Assembly: GCA_029260795.1 (NCBI GenBank)
Contig: JAJDCO010000055.1
Span: forward strand, 322 to 64,321
Reading direction: 5' to 3'
Source: Planctomycetota bacterium
GTDB lineage: Bacteria; Planctomycetota; OFTM77
Length of the DNA stretch: 64,000 nucleotides
This document shows positions 47,150 to 57,280 of this stretch, piece after piece. The notes under the pieces are model-generated. The model did not search any database. It had not been told where the DNA came from and saw only the letters and a list, made by a program, of their open reading frames with translations. Each line of letters starts with the position of its first letter. Within the stretch, counting starts at the first letter, position 1. A program made the translations under genes and the position numbers.

Positions 47150-47554
47150 GAAGGGCTCCCGGCGACAAACGGTTTCGAAGCGGCACTCCCAGGCGCTGTG
47201 TGGATCATGAGCACCTGGGACTGCCCGGCATTCTCGTCGGCGTTCGACTTCGCATCAAGGATCAGTGCCGTATCCCGCCTCTGGCGAGCGGATCGTTGAG
47301 ATACACCACGTCATCGCGCCCGCTCTCTCGACGTGCCGCAAGAACCGCTCTCTCACTCACGTGCTTCGCGCGTCGGGCGGCTCGCCGAATTCTGTGACAA
47401 GCGACCGTCTCATGAGCCGAACTCCGTTCGCGTCTCTGTACACTCGTCGCCACTCGACTCCTCCGGACAGGGAGGCGTGCCGGCCGGCTCGGCATGATAC
47501 CGTCGGGATCACCGGGACAAGACCTCATGGGATCGGCTCCCGAAGGGAGGCGCG

Positions 47555-48343
47555 ATGTATCGAGACGAGCTGGAGTTTGCGTGGCGAGCGGCCGTGGAGG
47601 TCGCGGGCTTCATTCGCGAGGTGAGCGAGTCGGGCGATCTTCGCGTGCAGCAGAAGGGCGACGGCTCGCCGGTCACGATCGCGGACCGTGGTGCCGAGGA
47701 GCGACTGCGAGTGGCGATCGAGCAGCGCTTCCCCGCCGACGGCATCTTGGGCGAAGAGTACGGCGAAAAGCCCGGGACGAGCGGTCGCCGCTGGATCCTC
47801 GACCCGATCGACGGCACGAAGTCGTTCGTTCACGGCGTGCCACTGTGCGGGACTCTGGTCGCGCTCGAAGTGGACGGCGAAGCGGTGGTGGGCGTGATAT
47901 CGATGCCGCTGCTCGACGAGCTCGTCGCCGCCGCTCGCGGAGAGGGTGCCTTCTGGTGGCCGCGTGTCGGGGATCTCGCCTCGGCCGACTCGCGCCGCCG
48001 CGCCGCCCGCGTGTCGCGAGTCTCCGCACTCGCCGAGGCGACGCTCTGCCTCACCAGCCCGCGTCATTTCATCACGTCGCCGGCGCGCACACTGGCTGAT
48101 CAAGTCGCGCTCGTCCGCGGATGGGGCGATTGCTATGGCCATCTGCTGGTCGCGACCGGGCGGGCCGACATCCAGCTCGATCCGGCCATGCACGTCTGGG
48201 ACAATGCCGCACTCCAGCCGATCCTGGAAGAAGCGGGCGGCCGCTTCACGAGCTGGTCGGGCGAAGCGACCCATCTCGGGGACAGCGCCGTCACCACCAA
48301 CGGTCTGCTTCACGACGTCGTCCTCGAGCATTTGAAGGTTTGA
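47555..48343 (+). CDS. hisN: Histidinol-phosphate phosphatase (inositol monophosphatase family)
   Basis: KGDGSPVTIADR, GEE, DPIDGTKSFVHGVPL, RGWGDCYG, WDNAA. Confidence 0.8.
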   Translation: MYRDELEFAWRAAVEVAGFIREVSESGDLRVQQKGDGSPVTIADRGAEERLRVAIEQRFPADGILGEEYGEKPGTSGRRWILDPIDGTKSFVHGVPLCGTLVALEVDGEAVVGVISMPLLDELVAAARGEGAFWWPRVGDLASADSRRRAARVSRVSALAEATLCLTSPRHFITSPARTLADQVALVRGWGDCYGHLLVATGRADIQLDPAMHVWDNAALQPILEEAGGRFTSWSGEATHLGDSAVTTNGLLHDVVLEHLKV

Positions 48344-48347
48344 AGCC

Positions 48348-49328
48348 ATGGCTCTCTCGGTGTACCTCCCCGACGACTGGGAGGACAGCTGCCACGCCGA
48401 GCTGGAGCAGCACCTGCGCCCGACGGTCCGCCTCTACCGGGGCGGCTCGCTCCCGGACGTTCCCTTTCGAGTGCTCGTCTCGGGCCGACCGAGCGCCGAG
48501 CAGCTGCAGGCGAGCTCGGCACTCAGAACGCTCATCATCCCGTTCGCCGGGATTCCCACGGAGTCTCGAACACTCGTGCGCCAAGTGCGACCCGATCTGG
48601 CCGTGCACAACCTGCACCACAACGCGATCCCGACCGCCGAGTCCGCGATCGCCCTTCTGATGAGCCTCGCCAAGCATCTCCTGCCGGCCGATCGCGATCT
48701 GCGACGCGGTGATTGGGGCGTGCGCTACCGTCCGGATCCCGGCCGTCTGCTCTCCGGCAAGAACGCGACCGTGATCGGCTTCGGCGCGGTGGGTCGTCGC
48801 GTGGCCGGCCTCTGCCAGGCGCTCGGAATGCGAATGACCGCGATTCGGCGACGTCGACCGTCCCTCGCCCAGATCGATGGCCTCGCGGTGCGCGATGGCG
48901 ACGCGCTCTTGGAGGTGCTCGCCGAGACGGACGTTCTCCTGCTCTGCGTTCCCGAGACGGCCGAGACGCGCGGACTTCTCGACGCGACGGCACTGGATCG
49001 CCTGCCTCGCGGCGCACTGCTCGTCAATGTCGCCCGCGGCGATATCGTCGACGAGCAGGCGTGCTTCGAAGCCCTCCAGTCCGGGCAGCTCGGCGGTGCT
49101 GCCTTCGATGCGTGGTGGCGGTACCCCGAGGACGAGGCCTCGCGCTCGTCGACGCTGCCGGCCGAGTGTCCGTTCTGGGAGCTCGACAACGTCGTGCTCA
49201 GCCCGCATCGCGGCGGTCGCTCCGACGAGACCGGCCGACTCCGCGGCCTGCATCTCGCCGGACTCCTCAACGCGGCCGATCGCAAGGACCCCGTGCCCAA
49301 CCGAGTCGATCTCGACCGGGGATACTAG
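48348..49328 (+). CDS. D-isomer-specific 2-hydroxyacid dehydrogenase
   Basis: GFGAVG, PETAETRGL, NVARGDIVDE, FDAWW, SPHRGG. Confidence 0.88.
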   Translation: MALSVYLPDDWEDSCHAELEQHLRPTVRLYRGGSLPDVPFRVLVSGRPSAEQLQASSALRTLIIPFAGIPTESRTLVRQVRPDLAVHNLHHNAIPTAESAIALLMSLAKHLLPADRDLRRGDWGVRYRPDPGRLLSGKNATVIGFGAVGRRVAGLCQALGMRMTAIRRRRPSLAQIDGLAVRDGDALLEVLAETDVLLLCVPETAETRGLLDATALDRLPRGALLVNVARGDIVDEQACFEALQSGQLGGAAFDAWWRYPEDEASRSSTLPAECPFWELDNVVLSPHRGGRSDETGRLRGLHLAGLLNAADRKDPVPNRVDLDRGY

Positions 49329-51244
49329 AGCTCGGGCTCTCGCGCGGGCTCCACCGCCGCGGACGCCCCCCTCTGGCCGAGGCTCCGGCTGAGCTCGAGC
49401 GTGCTCGCCACGAGCACCAGGGCCCCGATGCCGAGTGATGCCAAGGCTCCGTCCATGTTCCGGTGCTTGACCAAGTAGGTGTACTCGGTCGGAAAGGCGA
49501 GGACGCTGCGCGACTGCAGGAAGAACAGGGTCAATCCGAGAGCCACCAGCGAGAAGGTCCCCGTGACCCACGGCCGCCACGTGGGGCTCGGCATGTGCCG
49601 GGTCGCGAGGCGCACCAGGAAGACGGCCAAGAAGCATCCAGCGATCGAAACGCCCAGCCAGCTGGCGTAGCCCTCGAACGACTCGAGGCTCCGGCCCCAT
49701 GGTGCGGCGATCAAGCCCGCCCCGATGCCCGACATGCTGAGGATCGCGAACCCCAGAGTCCGGTCGACGATCGAACGATCCTTCCGCGGCTTGACGATTC
49801 GGCTCACCGTCGAGGGAGGTCGGCGAGAGATGGAGTGGCCTAGCTCGAAGCCGCCCCAGGCCAGGATCGCCATCGCGGTGAATGCTGTCAGGAAGATACC
49901 GGCCTCGCGCCGTGAGACCTCCAACATCCCACGGTCCATGACGTGGACCCAGTCGCCGCTTCCAAATGCCAGAACTACGATGAAGATCGTGAAGCCGATG
50001 GCCACCAGGGAGAAGGACCTCCACAGCGGAACCGGTCGGATCCAGTGCGAACCGAGGGCGATCGTCAGTGCGACCAAGAACAGAATGGAGCTGGCGATTC
50101 CGGGGCCGAGCCGCATCCCCTGGACCTCGTCCCAATGGTCGGCCTCCAGCCGGACCCAAGGCGCGAAGGAGGACATGAGCGCTCCGAAGGCGGCGGTCAG
50201 GACCGTCCAGCCCGAGACGTTCGTCTGATGATCGTTCTTGCCTCGATGACCAGAGGAAGCCCGGATCGGAGGGCTCGATGCCACACTCAGGTCGGGCCGA
50301 ATCGCTTCCAGGTCTGTCTGGAGCTCACTCGCCTGCTGGTAACGCTCGTCGGGCTCCCGCTCCAAGGCTCGCAAGACGACCTCGTCAATCCGTACATCGA
50401 CGCCCGCACGCTGCGAAGGTGAAGCGAAGCGGCCCATCGGCAAGTCACCGGTGAGCATCTCGTAGAAGACGACACCGAGAGAGTACAGGTCGGCGCGGTG
50501 ATCGACGGAGAGGGGGTTCTTCCACTGCTCGGGCGCCATGTAGTTTGCAGTGCCCATGGCCTGATTCGATCCCGTGAGGACCTCGTGGCGAGTCGATCCG
50601 GAGAGCTTGGCGAGGCTGAAGTCTGCGATCTTCACCCGACCGTCCTCGGCGATGAGGATGTTCTCGGGCTTGATGTCCCGATGCACAACGCCGCGATCGT
50701 GTGCGAACTGCAGGGCCGAGCACAGTCGGGGCATGATCGAGAGCGTCTGGTCCTCGCTCATCTCACCCCGCTCGAGCAGCGTGCGCAGATTCGTCCCGTC
50801 GACATACTCCATCACGAAGTAGTAGACGCCGTCGATCTGGCCGAAGTCGTGAACGGAGACGATGTCGGGGTGGCTCAGACGAGCCAGCGCTCGGGCTTCT
50901 CGCATGAATCGCTCGGCAAAGGCGGGGTCCGAGGCGATGTCCTGACGCAAGATCTTGAGGGCGACGAGACGGTCCAGCTTGCGCTGGCGAGCCTTGTAGA
51001 CGATGCCCATACCGCCTTCGCCGATCATCCCGAGGATCTCGAGATCGGGAAACAGCGGCGCGAGAGCCTCGATCGTCGGGACGCCCGACCGCTTCCATTC
51101 CTCCATGCGACCGCTCCCCTTGCGTTGGGACGGATCGCTCTCGAGGCCGAGCTGGAGCAAGCACGACGGGCACAGCCCTTCGGGAGCATCTTCGGTCGCG
51201 ATCGCTGCGCCGCATCGTGGACAAGTCGTCAATTCAAGCTCCAT
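49325..51244 (-). CDS. Ser/Thr protein kinase with N-terminal Zn ribbon and two C-terminal TM blocks
   Basis: CPRCG...CPSC; GEGGMG, ALK, HRDIKPENIL, DFS, YMAPEQ, ADLYSLG; TGATG coupling to upstream kinase. Confidence 0.9.
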   Translation of the reverse strand: MELELTTCPRCGAAIATEDAPEGLCPSCLLQLGLESDPSQRKGSGRMEEWKRSGVPTIEALAPLFPDLEILGMIGEGGMGIVYKARQRKLDRLVALKILRQDIASDPAFAERFMREARALARLSHPDIVSVHDFGQIDGVYYFVMEYVDGTNLRTLLERGEMSEDQTLSIMPRLCSALQFAHDRGVVHRDIKPENILIAEDGRVKIADFSLAKLSGSTRHEVLTGSNQAMGTANYMAPEQWKNPLSVDHRADLYSLGVVFYEMLTGDLPMGRFASPSQRAGVDVRIDEVVLRALEREPDERYQQASELQTDLEAIRPDLSVASSPPIRASSGHRGKNDHQTNVSGWTVLTAAFGALMSSFAPWVRLEADHWDEVQGMRLGPGIASSILFLVALTIALGSHWIRPVPLWRSFSLVAIGFTIFIVVLAFGSGDWVHVMDRGMLEVSRREAGIFLTAFTAMAILAWGGFELGHSISRRPPSTVSRIVKPRKDRSIVDRTLGFAILSMSGIGAGLIAAPWGRSLESFEGYASWLGVSIAGCFLAVFLVRLATRHMPSPTWRPWVTGTFSLVALGLTLFFLQSRSVLAFPTEYTYLVKHRNMDGALASLGIGALVLVASTLELSRSLGQRGASAAVEPAREPEL

Positions 51245-52803
51245 CACATCAGCTCCTGCGGTGTCGGAGTTCGAGCACCTGGGCGCTCGACCGATTCCCC
51301 GGCGGCACCGCGCGCGCGATCGTGTCGAAAATGCGCGCCGGCCGCAAGGAAGGCCACCGCCGTCAAGACGAAGCCCAGTCCCAAGGAGGCACCGCTTCCC
51401 AAGACCAAGACGACAAAGCACGTCGCGTGCACCAGGCCGTACACGATCAATCCCCCCGGCCAGCCCGAGTGAATCGGCTTCCCGCGAGCGCGTCCGTGCG
51501 CGAGAAAGACGAGCGCCAGAAACACTCCCGCGAGGGCGATGTTCGGGACGCCGAATCCCAGGATGTCCACCGACGTCTTGAAGGCGCTCGCGTCGAGCTG
51601 CATCGCCGTGCCCGGTGCAAGACCCCATCCTTCGAGCAAGTGTGGGCCGAGCGGACTGGCCTCGCCCATCGTCACCCACGGCAAGAAAGCCGACACCAGG
51701 ACGACCGCGCCCCAGAACATCATGCCGCGGGAAACGGGCCCGGTCACTTGACGCCAAGCGTCGTGGGTCGTGCGAGCGGCGGGTGTCGGCTCGGGACTCG
51801 GGGGCGGCGAAGGAGCCTGCGGCGCCGCCACCCGAGGAGCTCGCCTCGCCACGCCGACCGGACGCTTCTTCGTTGCCTCCTCGGCGCACAGCTCATCGGC
51901 GAAGGCAGCGGCCGTCCGGAAGCGGCGCCGAGGATCCCGCGAGAGCGCCCGCAGAATGGCCTCATCCGTACGGCGCGCGATCCTGGCTCGGCTCGAGGGC
52001 GGATCGAAGCGTCCCAGTGGCACGTGACCCGTCAACATCTCGTACAGCACGACGCCCAGCGAGTAGAGGTCTGCCCGTCCGTCGACCGTTCGCGGCGAGT
52101 CCCACTGCTCGGGAGCGACGTAGTTGACCGTTCCCAAGACCTCCTGCATCTCGGTGAGGCTGGCGGGACGCCCCCCGGAACCGATCAGCTTGGCGAGGCC
52201 GAAATCCGCGAGACGGACGCGTCCCGTGTCGTCGACCAAGATGTTCTCGGGCTTGATGTCCCGGTGCACGACACCGCGGGCATGAGCGTAGTCCAGTGCT
52301 CGGCACACCTGACGAGCGATCTCCAACGATTCCTTCGGCTTCAGCTCGCCCCGTTCGATCAAGAGACGCAGATTCGCGCCCGAGACGTACTCGAGGACGA
52401 GGTAGAAGATCTTGTGGCTCTCGCCGAAGTCGTGGATGCCGACGATTCCCGGATGTTGAAGCTTTGCCAGAGTCCGCGCCTCGCGGGCGAATCGCTCCGT
52501 GAAATCCACGTCGCAGGCGAACTCGGGATGCAGCACCTTGATCGCGACTGGGCGGTCGAGCTTCTTCTGGCGAGCGCGATAAACGGTTCCCATGCCGCCC
52601 TGCCCCTCGATACCGAGGATCTGGTAGGCCGGGAAGTGCCGGCCGATGACCGCCGGGGCGACGGCGCGGGGAGCTGGGCGCCGGGGAGACTTCGATCGAG
52701 ACTCGATCCCGGCCTCGAGCCAGCAGCCCGGGCACAGTCCCAAGGGGGCGTGCAGGTCGTGGCAGGTCGACCCGCAGCGGGCACAATCAGGTGAACTCGG
52801 CAT
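51244..52803 (-). CDS. Ser/Thr protein kinase with N-terminal Zn ribbon and C-terminal TM block
   Basis: CARCG...CPGC; GQGGMG, AIK, HRDIKPENIL, DFG, YVAPEQ. Confidence 0.9.
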   Translation of the reverse strand: MPSSPDCARCGSTCHDLHAPLGLCPGCWLEAGIESRSKSPRRPAPRAVAPAVIGRHFPAYQILGIEGQGGMGTVYRARQKKLDRPVAIKVLHPEFACDVDFTERFAREARTLAKLQHPGIVGIHDFGESHKIFYLVLEYVSGANLRLLIERGELKPKESLEIARQVCRALDYAHARGVVHRDIKPENILVDDTGRVRLADFGLAKLIGSGGRPASLTEMQEVLGTVNYVAPEQWDSPRTVDGRADLYSLGVVLYEMLTGHVPLGRFDPPSSRARIARRTDEAILRALSRDPRRRFRTAAAFADELCAEEATKKRPVGVARRAPRVAAPQAPSPPPSPEPTPAARTTHDAWRQVTGPVSRGMMFWGAVVLVSAFLPWVTMGEASPLGPHLLEGWGLAPGTAMQLDASAFKTSVDILGFGVPNIALAGVFLALVFLAHGRARGKPIHSGWPGGLIVYGLVHATCFVVLVLGSGASLGLGFVLTAVAFLAAGAHFRHDRARGAAGESVERPGARTPTPQELM

Positions 52804-52908
52804 ATGAGCAACTCCTCTGACGACAACTCGTCTGTCGCTGCTCTGAAGCACCGAGTGCTCGAGGTTACCGGAGAATCTGAGAATTCGCTCCGGGAACGTC
52901 CGGGGGCC

Positions 52909-53628
52909 TCACAGCTGCAGCGAATCGAGGAGGTGCTGCATCTCCTGATCGACCTCGTCAGGATCCGAGACGGTATCGGAGATCTCCATGCGCAGCTGCT
53001 CACGGTATCGGCGTCGAAGCCGGTGGACCGCGACCTTGACGGCGCCCTCGCTCATGGTGAGTCGCTCACCGAGGTCCCGGTAGGACTCCGAGCCGTGGCC
53101 GGTCAAGGTGCTCTTCAGGGCTTGGAAGAGCTCCGCCTTGCCGTCTTGCCCATAGCTCGCCTCGAGCTTCTCGAGCACGGTTCCGAGAACGGTCAGCGCC
53201 CAGCGTCGGTCGTAGATCTTCTCGGCCGTGATCTCGTGACGAGGCTCGAGGGCGTAGCGTTGCTCGGCTCGGTCGACGTCGAGCGAGAGCTTCTTGCGAC
53301 CACCGCCGCGCTTCTTGGCGTTCGCTCGATCGTGCTCGTTGGCGAGGAAGTGCTTGAACGAAGCGAGCAGGAAAGACCGGAAGCGTCCTCGCTCACGATC
53401 GACGTCGCCGAGATAATGCTTCTCGAGGAATCGAGCGAAGAAGGACTGGGTCGAGTCCTGCGCCGATTCAGGATCTTGCCCGCGACGACGCGCGAAGGCG
53501 TACAGCGGATACCAATAGACCTGGCACAAGGTCTCGAGAGCGGTGCGCGCCTTCCCCTTCGACTCGTTGCCTGCCTGAATGACGATGCTCCAACGAGTCG
53601 TCGCGAAGCGACGCGAGCCGGTGGGCAT
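52909..53628 (-). CDS. ECF sigma-70 factor (kinase-associated PVC type)
   Basis: FATTRWS, YWYPLYAFARR, AQDSTQSFF, region 4 AVKVAVHRLRRRY; start uncertain (53628-53703). Confidence 0.88.
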   Translation of the reverse strand: MPTGSRRFATTRWSIVIQAGNESKGKARTALETLCQVYWYPLYAFARRRGQDPESAQDSTQSFFARFLEKHYLGDVDRERGRFRSFLLASFKHFLANEHDRANAKKRGGGRKKLSLDVDRAEQRYALEPRHEITAEKIYDRRWALTVLGTVLEKLEASYGQDGKAELFQALKSTLTGHGSESYRDLGERLTMSEGAVKVAVHRLRRRYREQLRMEISDTVSDPDEVDQEMQHLLDSLQL

Positions 53629-53814
53629 CGAGTCCCGAGGCGCGCCTTCGTTGTTCGATGGAGAGTCGGCGTTCAACGCGCGCTCCGGAGCGAATCGACC
53701 CACGTCGTCGGAGATGGCCGACGACCGATGGTGGACGAGAAACGACTTCGATCCTAGGAAGGCGTCTCGGAACAGACGAGACCGAAGCTACCCGATGAGA
53801 ACGCGAGAGGCACG

Positions 53815-54096
53815 ATGAAAGCGATCTGGAAGGACACCGTCCTCGCCGAGAGCGAGGAGACCGTCGTCGTGGACGGCAACCACTACTTCCCGCCGAGCTC
53901 CGTCGACTCCAAGCTCCTGCGAGCGAGCAAGAAGAAGACCGTCTGTGGCTGGAAAGGCGAGGCGAGTTACTCCGACGTGGTCGTCGGCGAGGCCGTGAAC
54001 CGCGACGCGGTGTGGACCTACCCGAAGGCCAAGCCCGAAGCGCAATCGATCGAAGGCTACCTCGCGTTCTGGAACGGCGTCGAGGTCGTGGACTGA
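53815..54096 (+). CDS. DUF427 family protein
   Basis: MKAIWKDTVLAES...DGNHYFPP...CGWKGEASY...AVWTYP...YLAFW. Confidence 0.9.
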   Translation: MKAIWKDTVLAESEETVVVDGNHYFPPSSVDSKLLRASKKKTVCGWKGEASYSDVVVGEAVNRDAVWTYPKAKPEAQSIEGYLAFWNGVEVVD

Positions 54097-54189
54097 AGCT
54101 GGGTGAGGATGCCAACTCGCCCAGCTGAACGGGTGGCGGTCCAGCGAACCGGTGGCTCGAGTGGTCCAGCGAGTGAGAAAGACCAAATC

Positions 54190-54511
54190 GGACCGCCGGC
54201 TTCAGCCGGCACGTTACGTGTCCTGAAACGTGAGCTCTCCGGGCGACCTCTCGTCCGAAGCCCGCATCAGTCCGAGATCGAGCGTCCGGAACGCCAACGT
54301 TTGGCCGCAAGCGTAACGATCCCGGCTGAAGCCGGCGGTCCAAGAATGACCACGCAGTGATCCCGCCCGAAGCCTGGCGTTGCAAAAACGAAATGCTCCA
54401 GACCGTCCCCTCGGAGGCCCGAATTCATTCGGGTGGGAGGTCGTTCCCCCTTCCGAAACCGTCGTGATCGCCGAGGGCGTCTCCAGCGGACTGAAGTCCG
54501 CCCTCCGGTTT
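54190..54511. repeat. Two adjacent REPIN-like inverted REP doublets
   Basis: ggaccgccggcttcagccgg (54190) inverted against 54312-54341; cggaggcccgaattcattcgggtgg (54412) inverted against ccagcggactgaagtccgccctccgg (54483), whose reverse complement matches 7567-7592. Confidence 0.8.
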
Positions 54512-54675
54512 GGCCATCATGTCAGTCGGCGACTCTGCAGGGGTGGCGGCTAGACAACAGGCCTCCTCCCCTGACAAGGCTGGCGAAGACTGCCCCGACA
54601 GGCCTCGATTCTTGCAACCTTGGGGTGAAGCCGGCGATCCGAGACGACCTCCACGGAGCCGGGCGGCGCCGCACT

Positions 54676-56181
54676 CTAATCCTGCTGGCTGAACTGCCCG
54701 CCATGATCGCGGGCGATCCGACCGAGGAAGCGGGCATTGACGCCTTGGCCGATGCCGACCGTGTGAATGACGACTCGTCCGTGCGGATTCCAACGCTTCG
54801 CGCCTTGGAGGATCCGGTCGGTCGAGTCCCAAGCGCCACGACCCCCATTACCGGGCAGCATGGGTTTGCCGTCGGTGAGCAGGAAGATCGTATCGACGTT
54901 GGTCTCGTAGTAACGATCGAAGGTCCCGCGTCCTGCGATCGTGAAGGCGAGCTCGAGCGCATCGTAGATGTTGGTGGCACCATCGGCCTGGAGTGAGTCG
55001 ATCCAGCGCTGCGCTCGCTCGATCTGCTTCGGGCTCGCCGTCAGCATCTTGGGCGAGTAGACCTCGGCGCCGTTGGCATACTGAACGATGTTGAAGCGAG
55101 TCTCGGGATCGAGCTGGCTGAGCGCCTTCTTGAGCTCCCGTTGGCAGGCTTCGATCCGACTCGTCTCGCCGGGCTTCGCCGGCTCGCCCATCGCGCGGCC
55201 CTGTCCGCCCCGACCTCGTCGTCCGACGTGGTCGACGGCCTCCGCCATCGAGCCGGAGCAATCGATGACGTAGATGATCGAGCGACCTTCTTGAGGAATC
55301 CCGTGATAGGTCCCATAGCGCGAGTCGACCTTGGCTCCGGACTGGCCGCCCCCCAACGGCAACGCGCCCGTGCTCGCCAGGTGCCCCTGGTCGGCAAACC
55401 AACGCTTCCAAGCATCCACGCTCGTGCCGAGGGACTGACGGGTGAGCACCTCGAGCGCGCCGGCGATGCGAAGCTGGGTCTGGCCCTCTTCCTCCTCGAG
55501 ACGATTGACGAGAGGCTCGACGGCCGCGGGCAGTGCCATCCGAGCGGCCAGCACCGCCGATTGCTCGCGAACGCTCGGATCCTTGTGATCGATCAGATCG
55601 ACGACCTTTTCTTGGACACGGTCCGACCAGCGCGACTCACCATGTCGGAATGCCTCGAGGAAGATGACGAGCTCTCCTTCGTCGCGGGTGCGCAGGAAGG
55701 ACTTCTCCAAGCTGGCTTGCAGCTCGGGCAGCATCACTGCCTTCTGGACGACCAAGATCCGAAGCTGCAGAGGCGCCTTGGCATTCCGGGAGACCTCGTC
55801 GACGAGCCACTCCCAGGACACGGTGCTCCGAAGCTTGGCCACGTGGGCGAGCACGCGCTCCTGACCGGTGCGAATCGGGTCCAGGCGCTGGCGCAGCTCA
55901 TAAACCGAAGCGACCTTGCCGGACAGCAGATTCGCGCGCCGCTCGGTCTCGATCGCGAGCGCCAGCTTCTCGAGCTGATCGAACAGCTCCAAGAGGGCCT
56001 CGGCCGAGTCTGCCGAGTCGTAGACGGCCAGCCGGCTGACCAGCTTCGGAATCTCGTCGATCGCGTCGCTGGCGACGGCGTTCCGCCAATCTCGGCGAAA
56101 CCCGCTCAGCGCCTCGGATTCATCTTCGGCGGCGCCCAGGATTGGGAGCCCGAGAAGCAGCAGACAACCAATTCGGATCAT
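54676..56181 (-). CDS. Secreted HEAT-repeat plus von Willebrand A domain protein
   Basis: Signal peptide; HEAT-like DPSVRE...AVEPLV; MIDAS DCSGS, TNIYDAL, LLTDGKP. Confidence 0.85.
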   Translation of the reverse strand: MIRIGCLLLLGLPILGAAEDESEALSGFRRDWRNAVASDAIDEIPKLVSRLAVYDSADSAEALLELFDQLEKLALAIETERRANLLSGKVASVYELRQRLDPIRTGQERVLAHVAKLRSTVSWEWLVDEVSRNAKAPLQLRILVVQKAVMLPELQASLEKSFLRTRDEGELVIFLEAFRHGESRWSDRVQEKVVDLIDHKDPSVREQSAVLAARMALPAAVEPLVNRLEEEEGQTQLRIAGALEVLTRQSLGTSVDAWKRWFADQGHLASTGALPLGGGQSGAKVDSRYGTYHGIPQEGRSIIYVIDCSGSMAEAVDHVGRRGRGGQGRAMGEPAKPGETSRIEACQRELKKALSQLDPETRFNIVQYANGAEVYSPKMLTASPKQIERAQRWIDSLQADGATNIYDALELAFTIAGRGTFDRYYETNVDTIFLLTDGKPMLPGNGGRGAWDSTDRILQGAKRWNPHGRVVIHTVGIGQGVNARFLGRIARDHGGQFSQQD

Positions 56182-56341
56182 CAGCTATCAGGAGCGACGG
56201 AGATCGCTCCTCCCCCCTAAATGTCGCGTGGATCTTACCGGAGCCGGAATCGGCGAATCCGAGCGGCGTCCGTTTATGCGTTGGTCCGAGATACGAGCGC
56301 GGGCGGCGGTGGTTCCCAGTGGCTTTCCGGCAGGAGGTTTC

Positions 56342-57259
56342 TCAGTCTCCCCTCGTCGACGAGCCGCCGCGCCGCTCCTCGAGCTCCTCGAAGGTCTTCG
56401 GCCAGTCGCGTCCGAGCAGCTTCGAGAGGCTGCGATCCGCCAAGAGCTTACCCCCCGTCTGGCACCCGGGACAGTAGTTGGTTTCGGTCTGCGCATAGAC
56501 GATCCGCTGCACCACCGTCCCGCAATCGGGGCACGCTTCCCCATACTTTCCGTGCACGGCCATCTCCGGCCGGAATGCCGTGACCTTCTCGGGAAACTTC
56601 GTTCCCGTCGCCTGACGAAGCCGGTCGATCCATTCCTGGAGCACGGCCTCAGTCGCGGCGTGCAGGCGAGCTTGCTCCTCGGCATCGAGGCGGCTGGTCC
56701 AACCGATCGGTGAGAGGCGAGCTCGGTGGAGGATCTCGTCCGAGTAGGCGTTGCCGATCCCGCTGAACAGGTGCGGATCGGTCAGCGAGCGCTTCAGCGT
56801 GTGGTTCTCTCGAAGCAGCACCTCTTGAAACGCCTCCCTGGTGCAGCCCATCACCTCGAGGCCGCCGGGGTCGAGCTGACCGAAAGCCGATTCGCCGGCC
56901 ATGACGTGAAGCGAAGCTCGGCGCTGGGTGCCCGCCTCGGTCAGGATGAGCGTGCCCGAGGTGAAGTCGAACGCCGCCAATCCTATCTTGCCCGGAAGCC
57001 CGGCGCCGGCGGGCCTCCATTTGAGTCGTCCGGCGATCATCAAGTGGAGCACGAGAAAGTACGAGCCTTCGAGCTCGATCACGATCCGCTTGCCCAGCCT
57101 TCGCACGCCGGTGACGGGACGGTCCGAGAGCTCCCGGAGCGGCGGCTCGACCGTCCGAAGCAGAAAAGGACTCTTGAGGCGGACACCGCGCAGACTCTCA
57201 CCGACGAGACGCTCCTCGAGCGCGTCGAGATAGAGTGTGATGTCGGGAAGCTCAGGCAT
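56342..57259 (-). CDS. Fpg/Nei family DNA glycosylase/AP lyase
   Basis: MPELPD, RLGKR, HLMIAG, GIGNAYSDEIL (H2TH), CPDC...CPGCQ zinc finger. Confidence 0.9.
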   Translation of the reverse strand: MPELPDITLYLDALEERLVGESLRGVRLKSPFLLRTVEPPLRELSDRPVTGVRRLGKRIVIELEGSYFLVLHLMIAGRLKWRPAGAGLPGKIGLAAFDFTSGTLILTEAGTQRRASLHVMAGESAFGQLDPGGLEVMGCTREAFQEVLLRENHTLKRSLTDPHLFSGIGNAYSDEILHRARLSPIGWTSRLDAEEQARLHAATEAVLQEWIDRLRQATGTKFPEKVTAFRPEMAVHGKYGEACPDCGTVVQRIVYAQTETNYCPGCQTGGKLLADRSLSKLLGRDWPKTFEELEERRGGSSTRGD

Positions 57260-57280
57260 CGCCCCCCCACGAGCAAAACA

